DNA from: Piromyces finnis finn
Taxonomy: Eukaryota; Fungi; Neocallimastigomycota
Assembly (NCBI GenBank): GCA_002104945.1
Contig: MCFH01000066.1
Coordinates: 1-64,000, forward strand
Reading direction: 5' to 3'
DNA: 64,000 bases
Below the pieces are notes generated by a model. The model was not told where the DNA came from. It worked only from the letters and a program-made list of their open reading frames with translations, and ran no database searches. This document shows positions 1 to 12,402 of the stretch, one piece after another (within the stretch, counting starts at the first letter, position 1; every line of letters starts with the position of its first letter). The translations under genes and the position numbers were made by a program.

Positions 1-970
1 TTGATGTGGAAGGAAATTTAAATAAATGAAATAGTTAGTCTGTAAGATATAATATATATCTTTAGATTATTTGATAATTAATTATTATTAAATAATAAAT
101 TAATATTTAGTAAAAAGTTATAAAATTTTTGAATAAATTTATGGAATAATTTTATAATAAATTATTTTATAATAGTTCGTTAAAATTAAATTAAGATAAA
201 CATTTAAATTTAAGGAATAAAAAAATTTTAATTAAATTTAAATATTTTAAATATTTTAAATATTCAAAATATTTTAAATACTTTTTATTTAATTTTAGAA
301 TAGTTTAATAATAATATACTTTTATTATTTAAATTTAGAATAGTTTAATAATTTTAGCTAGTTTTAAAAATAGATTTGTTTATATTTCAATAGGAAATAT
401 ATAATGAATAGGAATAGTATTAATAATATTAAATTAATTTATAGATAATACATGGGCTTTATTCAATTTTGAGTTTACTCAAATTGAATTAAAAGTATAA
501 TGAATTAGTTTTAGTTTAGTTTTATTATTTTATAATTTAATTAGATTAGTTTTGTTTATTTTATATTAAATATATGTTTATTTAAATAGAATAATATATT
601 AGAATATTAATTATTTAAAAAATATAAATAAAGTAATTTTTTTATATTAAATCGAAGTGAAATGTTATTTATTTTTAATATTAGTTATTAACTATTTATA
701 GTTTAATATTTTAAGTAGTTTAAATTACTGTAGTCTTTTAAATAAAATTATAAGTTTTATATTTTTTTATTTGGTTTATAAAATTAGTTTGGTTTAATAT
801 AAACTTTCTAAAAATACTTAATAGTTTTTAAATAATTAATACTAAAAAGTAATAATTAATATAAGTTAAAGCATTTAAAGTATGTAATTTAAGAATGAGT
901 TTAGTAATTAATTGGGAATCATATTTTAAAATTAATATAAATTATTTTTATTAGAATACTTTTATTTATT
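1..970. repeat. Fold-back (inverted) copy of ~1100-2125, increasingly error-rich toward the turn; probable read/assembly artefact
   Basis: Bases 1-40 are the exact reverse complement of 2086-2125. The match continues through the LTR and its flank, with dropped bases (tgtaag vs tgtaaag; tagttcgt vs tagttccgt) that become more frequent toward ~700-970. Confidence 0.8.
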
Positions 971-2275
971 AATAAATTTATTAATACATTTTATTAATCA
1001 AATATGTTATTAATCATTAAGTAGAGTTATAAAGCTTAATGATTTCTCGAAAAATTCAATTGTTGAATTAATTTCGAGTATTTATAATTTTTAAATCAAT
1101 TAATAAATAATTATTCTATTTAATAAAGTTACATTAATTTTAAAATACATGATTCCAAATTTAATATAATTAACTATTCTATAAATTAAATATTTATATA
1201 ATGACTTTAAGCTTATGATTTATCTTTATTACTTGCTTAAGTCATTTTAATCATTTGAGGGAGGAATGACTATGTAAAAGTATAAAATTTAAAACAGATT
1301 TTATACTTAAAACAAAACAATTTTTATAAACACAAAAATAAAAAAAATAAAACATTAAATTTTTTATTTAAAAAAAAGAAACATTTTATTTAAAGCTCTT
1401 AAAAATATTATCAACTATATAATAGTTAATAATTAAAATATTAAAAAATTAAATAACAATTACATCGATTTAATAAACAAAAATTACATGTATTTATATT
1501 TTTTCATAATTATATTCTAATATATTATTCTATTTAAATAAACATATATTTAATATAAAATAAACAAAACTAATCTAATTAAATTATAAAATAATAAAAC
1601 TAAACTAAAACTAATTCATTATACTTTTAATTCAATTTGAGTAAACTCAAAATTGAATAAAGCCCATGTATTATCTATAAATTAATTTAATATTATTAAT
1701 ACTATTCCTATTCATTATATATTTCCTATTGAAATATAAACAAATCTATTTTTAAAACTAAGCTAAAATTATTAAACTATTCTAAATTTAAATAATAAAA
1801 GTATATTATTATTAAACTATTCTAAAATTAAATAAAAAGTATTTAAAAATATTTTGAATATTTAAAATATTTAAAATATTTAAATTTAATTAAAATTTTT
1901 TTATTCCTTAAATTTAAATGTTTATCTTAATTTAATTTTAACGGAACTATTATAAAATAATTTATTATAAAATTATTCCATAAAATTTATTCAAAAATTT
2001 TATAACTAATTTTACTAAATATTAATTTATTATTTAATAATAATTAATTATCAAATAATCTAAAGATATATATTATATCTTTACAGACTAACTATTTCAT
2101 TTATTTAAATTTCCTTCCACATCAAATGAATAAAGAGATATTATTTAAACTTTAATAAATATAAAATCTTAATAATTATAATTAATAAATATCTCTAAAA
2201 ATATTATTTCTTATTAATTAAATGAATAAAACATTATTTAAATAAATTATCATGAATCCATTAATATTCATGACA
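955..2275. mobile_element. LTR family B copy, left end lost at the fold-back, interrupted by solo LTR A
   Basis: Colinear with 40600-41132 and ends TATTCATGACA at 2275. The paralog at ~40911-40930 shows the empty site GAGGAAT-GACTA-ACTATTTC. Confidence 0.75.
1273..2085 (-). mobile_element. Solo LTR, family A (Ty3 chromovirus LTR)
   Basis: TGT...ACA termini; 5-bp TSD GACTA (1268-1272 / 2086-2090); reverse complement of 5880-6697; related to the LTRs of the Ty3 element at 22219-36299. Confidence 0.9.
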
Positions 2276-3092
2276 GTGTATACAAACCCGAACTTTAAAT
2301 TATTTTTTTATTTATTAGTTTTTATTTATTATTTATTTATTTATTTATTATATGATTCTAAACTAAACTAAACTAAAACAACCGTTGATTACTTTACCGT
2401 GATGGTTATTTTACCAGAGCCCTCACTAGGTAATCAATTATTAATTAAAACTAAACTAATTATTAACTAATGTTAATTTATCTAAACTAAATTAACCCAT
2501 ACAACTAACTATACGATTTTCCAACTATCGTTTCAATAGTTGAAAAATTTTCTTTATTTATACTTTTTAAATAAATTGAATAAATTCTAATATACATGTT
2601 TTAATATTATAATTTTACATTGTTTACATTTATACATTTATTAAAAGAAATTATTTGTATTAAACTATTAAGCTATTTAAATTCAATTTATTTACTAAAG
2701 AATTTTCTAAACTTAAAATAAAGTTTTGATTTATTTACTATATGGTTGATTATATTTCAAACATATATTTAATTTATTTATTTCTAATTTTGAGGCTTAG
2801 TTTATAAAAAAAAAATTTTGCTTATCTAAAATATTTATTGGTTAAAAATTATTTAATTTAAAAAATTTATTTTATCATCAAAAACTTTATCTTATCATAA
2901 AATTAAATTTACATAAATTTATGTTAATGTATTGTAATACATTATTTTATTGTAACTTTAGATTTCACATAGATTTATGTTAATGTATTGTGATATAAAT
3001 TTTGTAAAGATTTAAGGTACATTAATTCAATACATTGTACATTATTTTAAATACGTATTAAATACATTATTCTATTAATACAATATTTTACA
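2276..3092. mobile_element. LTR-like repeat family E, partial; inverted relative to 47867-48694
   Basis: Reverse-complement match to ~47870-48640 (e.g. CAACCGTTGATTACTTTACCGTGA); ends AATATTTTACA at 3092. Confidence 0.65.
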
Positions 3093-3101
3093 CAAGGACC
3101 A

Positions 3102-5263
3102 TGTAACGAATTGATATAAAATGAACATAAAAACCTTAATAAATAATATAATTGAATATTACTATAAATGTATATGAACATAAATTAATGTAATATTAGA
3201 ATAGATTATTACGTAGTTTTTATTACATTTTATTTAGTACATTAATGTATTTATCATATTTTTATAATCATGTGATAAATTAAAGTATTTATAGTAATTA
3301 TAGATTATAGTATTTAATATAAACAGATAAACAAACAAACTTTATAGTTAGATTTTGGTATAAATTAGTAGAAAATATAGTAAATTAGTTTCTATCTAAG
3401 AATATGATAGTTAGGAGAAGATATTCTTACGATCATCTAGTATTAAGTATGTTTTTGAATAATTTATAAATAAAGTATATAAGTCAACCCACAAATCCTG
3501 AGTGTATTGAACCGAGTTGTATCAATAATTTTTATGTTATGGTTCGAGGAATTTAGTTTTATTTATAAAATATTAATAAATTATCAATACTCAAAAATAA
3601 TATTAAAATTAAATAAGAAAAATTGTTTTATTAATAAGTTTGTTTTATTAAAATATTAAGAATATAGAATTACAAAAATAAAAATAAAAATAAAAATAAA
3701 ATTTTCTCTGTCTTCTAATTCTTATAATATACACCTTTTTATACTTTTTGTAGAAATTTAAGTAGTGTTAATTAAAAGAATTAGACTTTAATTATTACAT
3801 TAAATTTTGTATTTAAATTACTTTTAAATTAATAATAAAATTACATTACTATTATAATAAATAATTATACATATTATTGAATTGATTAACATACATTAAA
3901 AGTTTACTTCACATATATTTAACTAAAGAATTTTACTATTTTGCTGAAATATTATTCATAATTTTAATTAATAAAAATTCATTAACTTGATAAATTAAAC
4001 TAAAAGTTCAATAAACTATAATTTCCAATATATTATTATTACTAAATTAATTTTTAAGTTTAATAAAATAAAATTTAAGTTTAATAAAATAATCATTAAT
4101 AAATTTAAATATAATTTTCATGTATACATTAATTTACAAATTAGAATATTGTAAAGTTTTCATACATTTAGGAACAATAATGGATTAGGTCATAATCATT
4201 AATTATGACAAAAATGACATTATTTGTTGGTTCCTTAACAGAATCTATTGTAAAAGGTTTATTATATATTAGTTAATAAGTTAAAATTAAAAAGTTAATT
4301 AAGTTAGTTATTACCTCTCTATACGAGTTAATAACTAAATAAAGTTTTATAAAAAATAATAAAAGAACTAAAATAATTGTTATAACACAAAAATAAATAT
4401 AAATAAATAAATATTATTATGAAATATTAATTACTTAAATAATTATTTTTAATTATTATCTTTTATTTATTAATTATAATTATCTACATTAATTATTATT
4501 ATAGTTATTAATTTATTTTAATACTAACGCTAAAGTGTTTAACGTTAGCTTATGCTATACTATTTAACTATAATAGTTTATTTACTAAACCATTTGATTG
4601 GGTGAAGTAAATAAACTTTTTATTTATTTAATAACCATTAATATATGGTTATGCATATTTCTGGCCAATAAATGTTAACCAGAATATATGGTTTCAATTG
4701 AAATATTTGTGGGCAAACTTATGGCCACAAATATTTCTTACATCTATTAGAAATTTAATATTGTCTTAATGGTTAGTATTTAAGACATCAATCTAGATCA
4801 CTCGGGTTTGACTCACACCCTGATCTAAATTTTATTTTAAATTATTTATTTAACAATTTAATTTATGACTTATAGAAACTTATAGAATTTATTCGAAAAA
4901 GAATAAGTTCGAATATTCGAAAAATTAAATATTTATTGTATTTTTATCACGGGATTCATTTTATATAATTTTTAATTAATTTAAAGAATAATTTCGAAAG
5001 AAAATTGAATTTTTTATTTAGCCACTTCAGATTTAGAAAAAGTATAAATAGAAGTGGTTTGAATCAAAAAATTAAATAGTGTGTTTTTATTAACTTGTAA
5101 CTTTAAAATTTAAAAATAAAAATATTTAATAATAAAAAAAAAAATTTTTTTTCTAAATAAAAGTAAACAAATTTTATCAACCTATAGGGAAATAAATAAT
5201 ATTTTTCTATATAAATTTTATTAATTCATATATTAGTAAATTTTTATATAGATACACGTTACA
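3102..5263. mobile_element. Putative LTR-like repeat (TGTAACG...CGTTACA), host of a solo LTR C
   Basis: 7-bp terminal inverted repeat with TG..CA ends. No matching TSD is seen, so the boundaries are tentative. Confidence 0.3.
4249..4742 (-). mobile_element. Solo LTR, family C
   Basis: TGTAAAAGG...TTCTTACA; TSD TCTAT (4244-4248 / 4743-4747); homologous to 41190-41685 and 47134-47628. Confidence 0.9.
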
Positions 5264-5753
5264 ATTATACATATATCAATATAAAATAAACAAAACTAAT
5301 TTAATACTAATTTAATTAAATAATAAAATAATAAAACTAACTAAAACTAATTAAATACACTTTTGATTCAATTTGAGTAAACTGCAAATTGAATACAGTC
5401 CATGTATTACCTATATATTAATTAAATATTAATAATACTATTTATTATATATTTACTACTAAAAAATGCTAATTTAAAACTACGCTAAAGTTATTAAACT
5501 ATTTTTTAATTAAATAAGAACTTTTTAAGATTTAATTTGAATATTTAAAATATTTAAATTTAATTATCCATTAATTTAAATATTTATCCAAATTTCATTT
5601 CTAACATTGATATTTTAAAATTAATCTTTAATTATTCCATAAAATTTATATAATAAATTTTATAAATAATTTTTCATTAAAATATCAAAATTATTATATA
5701 ATAATTATTAATTAATTATTAAATAATTTAAAGATATATTTTATATCTTTACA
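5264..5753 (-). mobile_element. Partial LTR, family A variant
   Basis: Near-identical to ~22450-22941; ends ATATCTTTACA. Confidence 0.75.
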
Positions 5754-7326
5754 TAATGTATTACAAAGATTCCATATAGAAAACTTACGTAGAAGAAATA
5801 TGCCATGTACAACAATTGACAAGAACACCTCAAATAATAACCTATATGATAAAATCAAATATAAAAGTGCAATAGGTGCTGTAAAGATATAATATATATC
5901 TTTAGATTATTTGATAATTAATTATTAATTATTAAATAATAAATTAATATTTAGTAAAATTAGTTATAAAATTTTTGAATAAATTTTATGGAATAATTTT
6001 ATAATAAATTATTTTATAATAGTTCCGTTAAAATTAAATTAAGATAAACATTTAAATTTAAGGAATAAAAAAATTTTAATTAAATTTAAATATTTTAAAT
6101 ATTTTAAATATTCAAAATATTTTTAAATACTTTTTATTTAATTTTAGAATAGTTTAATAATAATATACTTTTATTATTTAAATTTAGAATAGTTTAATAA
6201 TTTTAGCTTAGTTTTAAAAATAGATTTGTTTATATTTCAATAGGAAATATATAATGAATAGGAATAGTATTAATAATATTAAATTAATTTATAGATAATA
6301 CATGGGCTTTATTCAATTTTGAGTTTACTCAAATTGAATTAAAAGTATAATGAATTAGTTTTAGTTTAGTTTTATTATTTTATAATTTAATTAGATTAGT
6401 TTTGTTTATTTTATATTAAATATATGTTTATTTAAATAGAATAATATATTAGAATATAATTATGAAAAAATATAAATACATGAAATTTTTGTTTATTAAA
6501 TCGATGTAATTGTTATTTAAATTTTTTAATATTTTAATTATTAACTATTATATAGTTGATAATATTTTTAAGAGTTTTAAATAAAATGTTTTTTTTTTTT
6601 AAATAAAAAATTTAATGTTTTATTTTTTATTTTTGTGTTCATAAAAATTGTTTTGTTTTTTAAGTATAAAATCTGTTTTAAATTTTATACTTTTACAGGT
6701 GCATTAATATACTTGTCAAAGTGTACAAGACCGGATATTGCGTTTGTAGTAAACAAAGCTGCAAGAAAATCTGAAAATCCAACAGTATCTGACTGGAACG
6801 CAATTGTAAACATATTCAGATAATTATCTACCACTAAGCATTATAAAATCAAATACAGTTGAGAAGGAAAAATCCAAGGATACACAGATTCGGAGGCGCA
6901 GAAGACTTTAAATCTACCTCTGGAGTGATAATCCTAATGGGAAACAGCCCAATATGCTGGTTATTCAAGAAACAAACTTTTGTGGCTACGTCTACCGCTG
7001 AGGCTGATTACATTAGTACGTCCATGAATACGAAGAAAATCTTATGGATCAAAAACATGATTGATGAAATTTTTAATTACGACAAAAATATAATTTTATT
7101 TACCGACAACAAGGCAAGCAAGAAGATAATAGAAAACGGTGAAATAAATACTAAGTTAAAGCACATAAATATACACTATCATTTCATTATTGAAAACATA
7201 GAAAAGAATAATATAAAAATTGAATACATAAACACTAAAGAAATGCTAGCTGATCCTCTAACTAAAGATCTACCTGGTCCAAGAATGTTTAAATATACAA
7301 ATAAGATATTCTTAAATAAAATCTAA
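5754..7326 (+). pseudogene. Ty1/Copia RT C-terminus + RNase H remnant, split by a solo LTR and frameshifted
   Basis: Removing 5880-6697 rejoins YKSAIG-ALIYLSKCTRPDIAFVVN. Downstream are KSTSG..MGNSPICW..KKQTFVATSTAEADY and KLKHINIHYHF..MLADPLTK (Copia RNase H). A PPT (GAGGGGAG) follows the stop. Confidence 0.85.
5880..6697 (+). mobile_element. Solo LTR, family A, inserted in Copia RT
   Basis: TGTAAAG...TTTTACA; TSD GGTGC (5875-5879 / 6698-6702). Confidence 0.92.
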
Positions 7327-7337
7327 TTTGAGGGGAG

Positions 7338-8167
7338 TGTGAACATTTAAAGACACATAATTATATTTATCTATATCATATATTTACAGCACGTGATTAA
7401 CTTATAAAAACATAAACATGTATTAAAAGTGTTGTAAACGTAATGTCTACATGTTGTAGAGAAAGTTATTTTTTATTTATTTTATTTTATTTTTGATATG
7501 AAATTAATATGTCTAGCTACATATCAGCCATATATAAAATAATTTTAATTATTTAAAATATGTAATTTCATATTTAAAATTTATATATAATATTTCATAA
7601 TAATTGATATACATTATAATACATTATGTATATATTAATTATAGAATTCATGTACATATTTCATTACATTCTTAAATATTAATATTATATATTAGTATTT
7701 ATTTATTATTAAATGTAGAGTTACATTTTATTGTAATACTCATTTGTATTACATTACTTTTTCCTTATATAGTAATATTTCATTTAAAATCTAAAATATA
7801 TTATATTATATTATATCCTATTTAATTAATATTCATATATTATGAATGCATTACATTATATAATTGATATTCAATTATATTATAGGAATTTTATAATATA
7901 AAAATATTCATGTAAAAATAATTAATGAAAAGAGTTTTTAATAATTAATAAGAAAATATAATAAGTGAAATTATTAACAAGAGAAGTTAATAATAATAAA
8001 GTATTTTCACCTAATATAATAAATTATAAATAAACTAATATTAAATTACTACAACATAAAAGAAACATATATCACATCTCATTATATAACTGTAATATTT
8101 ACAATGTAACTTTTTCTCTTTGCTAACCTTATTAATAAAATTATTTATTAATTAAATTTATTTCACA
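7338..8167 (+). mobile_element. Probable 3' LTR of the Copia remnant
   Basis: Starts TGTGAA directly after the PPT. The end at TTCACA (8167) is inferred only from the short terminal inverted repeat. Confidence 0.4.
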
Positions 8168-9652
8168 ATAATAAGACATTAAAAATATGGATGTAACACA
8201 CAAATTTTAATAATTATATATTATTTTTATTTAAATGGCCTATATAAAATACTCAACATTTCTTTAAAAGTAAACATTTTATTAAAAGTAATATAATATA
8301 TCAAATGAAATATTTAAAGTAATTGTTCATTTAATGAATGATTTAATAGAACTAATCAAGAAAATGTAAAATGTTGAGTCTATATATACAGTAGATCTAT
8401 TATAGTTGATAGGTGTAACAACAATAGTTGCATATTTATTTATTCCGAAAGAGGAAATGCCATAATGACGAGGTAAAGGAAGATTTTATTAATATTTTAT
8501 TAATAAATAGAATATTAATAAAATATAAAAGCCTTTTTTTTTAAAAAAAAAAATTTATATTTAATGTCTCTTGATATAGATTATTTATTAATTATAAAAT
8601 CAAAAATATTAAAAAATAATGTTTATATTTAAAATTGTTTAATTATTAATGGATTACTTATTTTTTTTTTTTTAAATTTTTTAATCAAATAAAAGTAAGC
8701 GTTTTAACCTACTATTTTTACTATTTTTAGTTATTAATTCTATCGGTATTTGGGAGTGAGTCATTCCTTAAATTTTTGGTTTGTTTTTTCTTGGTGAGAT
8801 TAATTTAAATTGGTTTGTGAAACATTGATTTAATTAAAATAAAAAGATTGTCACATATATTAAAATATATTAATACTTATATTAACGCGTCCAATTAAAG
8901 TTTTTAATTAACTTTTAAAATTTAATATTTAATCAAAGGAAGTTCCGGATAAAATGCATTATATCCAAGGATTTATTATTGATTGGCCAAGATAAGAAAA
9001 TAAGTATTAATATATTAATGAAATAAACCTTAATTACTTTAATCTTTAATTCTTCCAGAAATTAATTACTTTAATTTATAATTCTTCAAGAAATTAGAAA
9101 ATATTTTATTATATTCTTTATTTTTTTTGAAAAAGAATATTTATAAAAATCCAATTTATTGTTATTGTATACATTAATACATTAATGTACAATAATGTAA
9201 TACAAAAAACCATGGAATAAAAAATAAATTTGATGTTGATTGGTTAAGAAAAAACAAGGTAAAAGTTTATGTAATTGAATAATATGGTAAAAAAAATGAA
9301 ATATCCATAAATTATTAATGAATGTACGTGTGAATGTATAAATACGAACATATTAAAAAAAAAAACTTTGTAAATGTAACGATTTAATGTACAATTAAAA
9401 GAATAGGAAAAACCGTTTTAATCATTTTTAAATTTAATAGCAAAAAAAAGTAAAAATATTTGAGGCAAGAAATTTAAAAATTTTTAATAAATATTTTAAT
9501 TATTATTTAAAAAAAATATAAAAAGAACCATTTTTTCTTTTTTTGAATTAGTCTTTCTCTTTTTCTTTTTTTTCTCATTTTAATTCTATAATTTTTTTTG
9601 AAATTATTTGATATTTTAGAATTTTATAAAAGAATAAATTAGAAACTTAAAA

Positions 9653-11795
9653 ATGAAATTGTTTAAATTTTTAGGTTTAATTTTGACAGTGTCAAGCACT
9701 TCATTTTCCTATTCCATTGGCAAAATATCAAAACGTGATGGGGAAACAGCACAAGAAGATTGCAAAGCTATTGAAAGTTTATGGAAAAAAATAAATTCTG
9801 AAGAGACTAATTGTTGTAACATTGAAGGTATTGAATGTTCTGAAGGTCGAATAATTGAAATGTAAATATTTTTTTATTTTTTATTATAATATAATATAAT
9901 ATAATATTAAAATGAACTTTTATATTTATTAATCAATATTAATTATTAATTAATAATAGAATTTTACCTGGTAAACAATTAACCGGAACCATTCCACCAG
10001 AAATTGGACAATTATCTAAATTACAAAAATTGTAAGAAAAATATTTTAAATAATAATTATTTTAACAAGATTTAATTTAATAAAAAAAATTATTATTTTC
10101 TAATTTTTATTATAATTAAATATAATATAGAGATTTATCAAATAATAATTTAAATAGATCTGTTCCTGATATTAGCGATTTAACTGGATTGATTGAATTG
10201 TAAATAGAAATTATAATAGAATGAATGATTATCATGATAAAATTAAATGTAAACTAATCAATATAAATTAAATATATTTAATTTTGAAATAATATAATTT
10301 AATTAGTGACATATCCAATAATTGTATTAATTGCGAAAATGTAATTGACAAGAAATTATTGAATGGAGAAAATTTTATGTAAGTTAATATAAAAAAAGTT
10401 ATATATTTTGATAAAATAGTGTTAATTTTAATAAAATAAATATTTTCAAAAATAATTATATACTATATATTTGTAAAGATATAATATATATCTTTAAATT
10501 ATTTAATAATTAATTAATAATTATTAAATAATAATTTTGATATTTTAATGAAAAATTATTTATAAAATTTATTACATAAATTTTAAGGAATAATTAAATA
10601 AATATTAATTTTAAAATATCAAAATTGGAAATGAAATTTGGATAAATATTTAAATTAATGGATAATTAAATTTAAATATTTTAAATATTCAAATTAAATC
10701 TTAAAAAGTTCTTATTTAATTAAAAATAGTTTAATAACTTTAGCGTAGTTTTAAATTAGTATTTTTTAATAGTAAATATATAATAAATAGTATTATTAAT
10801 ATTTAATTAATATATAGGTAATACATGGACTGTATTCAATTTGTAGTTTACTCAAATTGAATCAAAAGTGTATTTAATTAGTTTTAGTTTAGTTTTATTA
10901 TTTTATAATTTAATTAGATTAGTTTTGTTTATTTTATATTAAATATATGTTTATTTAAATAGAATAGTATATTAAAATATAATTTGTAAAAAATATAAAT
11001 ACATGTAAAATTTCATAGTTAAACGATGTAATTGTTATTGACTATAATTTAGTTAATAACTAAATAAGAATAAATAAAAGAGGATATAAATAAATTTTGT
11101 TTTGTTTTTAATTTTTTATTTTATTTAGTGTTTTTGTTTTATTGTAAAAAATTTTATAATCTGTTTTAAATTTTAAAATTTTTACAATATTATATATTTA
11201 TATTATATGCATATACAACTATATTTTATAAAATAATAAATATAAATATGTAATATACAATAAATAAATTTATATATAAAGTACTTGTGTAAATGATCCA
11301 CTCATAGAAAAGGCATGTGAATTTAGATGCGGTAAAGGTATTGGTAAATGTCCTGGGGATAAATGTTGCAGTGCCAAAGGTTACTGTGGAATTACCAGTA
11401 ATTATTGTTATTCCAATCTTGGATGTCAAGATAAATATGGAAAATGTACTTATAGATGTGGTGAGCTTCAAAATGCAAGTGGAGTAAAAGAAGAATTTAA
11501 ATGTCCTGACGGTGAATGTTGCAGTGCCAAGGGATATTGTGGAACTACCAGTAGTTATTGTTATTCCAATCTTGGATGTCAAGATGAGTATGGAAAATGT
11601 ACGTATTGATGTGGTAACTTTCTTGATGCAAATGGAAACAAAAATTCATTTGATTGCCGTAATTATAAAAAGGAAGGTCAAGAAGAAGAATTATGTTGTA
11701 GTAAAATGGGCTACTGTGGAACTACTAGAAGTTATTGTACAGCTGATGTATGTCAAAGTGAATTTGGTAATTGTTGGGAAAAACAAAATCAATAA
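9653..11795 (+). CDS. Secreted LRR + chitin-binding (CBM18/hevein x3) protein, 5 exons; in-frame TGA at 11607-11609 cuts off the third CBM18
   Basis: Exons 9653-9861, 9960-10031, 10131-10199, 10307-10378, 11282-11795, with GT..AG introns, all phase 2. Signal-like N-terminus; Cys cap (DC..NCCNIEGIEC); LRRs ILPGKQLTGTIPPEIGQLSKLQKL and DLSNNNLNRSVPDISDLTGLIEL; CBM18 CG..CP..CCSAKGYCG.T..YC....GCQ..YGKC. 249 aa to the TGA, 311 aa to TAA 11793-11795. Confidence 0.85.
10472..11186 (+). mobile_element. Solo LTR, family A variant, inside intron 4 of the LRR-CBM18 gene
   Basis: TGTAAAGAT...TTTTACA; TSD ATATT (10467-10471 / 11187-11191). Confidence 0.9.
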
Positions 11796-12116
11796 AATCA
11801 ATAATATTAATGTTAATAATAATAATAATTAAATTTAATGAAAATGATAAATAATTTACTTTTTGAATTTTATTTTAATTATTAATTATTTAATCCAATT
11901 TATTTTTAGATTGATGATTAATATAATATATATATTAGTGTATTAATGTATTCATGATTGTAATTTTAATAATTTTTAATGAAAAAGATCTATTAATATT
12001 AATCTATTATAATAAAATTTAAAATTAAATGTTATTTTTAAGTAAAAATTTTCATATTTTCTTTAAATTCTTTATTTATAATATTAATTTTAATGCATAT
12101 TGATAAAATTAATAAT

Positions 12117-12197
12117 CCTTGGGAACGTACCTTCATTTATTTAATAAATGAAGTTTCCTAAGTGGCCCTACTCAAGCTCATGGTACTGAGAGAGTAG
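12117..12197 (+). ncRNA. Structured LINE 5'-terminal RNA motif, copy 1 (candidate ribozyme)
   Basis: CTTGGGAA/TTCCTAAG stem, GTACC bulge, TTCATTTAT/ATAAATGAA hairpin, then CTACTC-AAG-CTCA-TGGTAC-TGAG-A-GAGTAG. Confidence 0.55.
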
Positions 12198-12322
12198 AGT
12201 TGATAATCTGAGTGTTTGTTATATCATTTTTTTCTTCCATCTTCTAAAATTTCCACTAATTATATAATATATCCGTCTTTACTAATATTATTTATATCTT
12301 ACTATATATTTCAATACTTCAA

Positions 12323-12402
12323 CCCTGAGGGAACGTACCGTCATTTATTAAAATGAAGTTTCCCGAAGGGGTCTACTCAAGCTCGTGGTACTGAGCGAGT
12401 AG
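12323..12402 (+). ncRNA. Structured LINE 5'-terminal RNA motif, copy 2 (starts at the first base of the LINE)
   Basis: CCCT-GA-GGGAA/TTCCC-GA-AGGG stem, GTACC bulge, TCATTT/AAATGA hairpin, CTACTC-AAG-CTCG-TGGTAC-TGAG-C-GAGTAG. Confidence 0.6.

Noticed and set aside
41-2085. MITE or DNA transposon with very long terminal inverted repeats
   Set aside because: The inversion includes flanking DNA outside the LTR, and the 1273-2085 unit has its own 5-bp TSD; a fold-back fits better.
11226-11832. ORF-track ORFs 11226-11582(-) and 11512-11832(+)
   Set aside because: They are shadow frames of the CBM18 exon; most other short antisense ORFs over the retroelements are shadows too.
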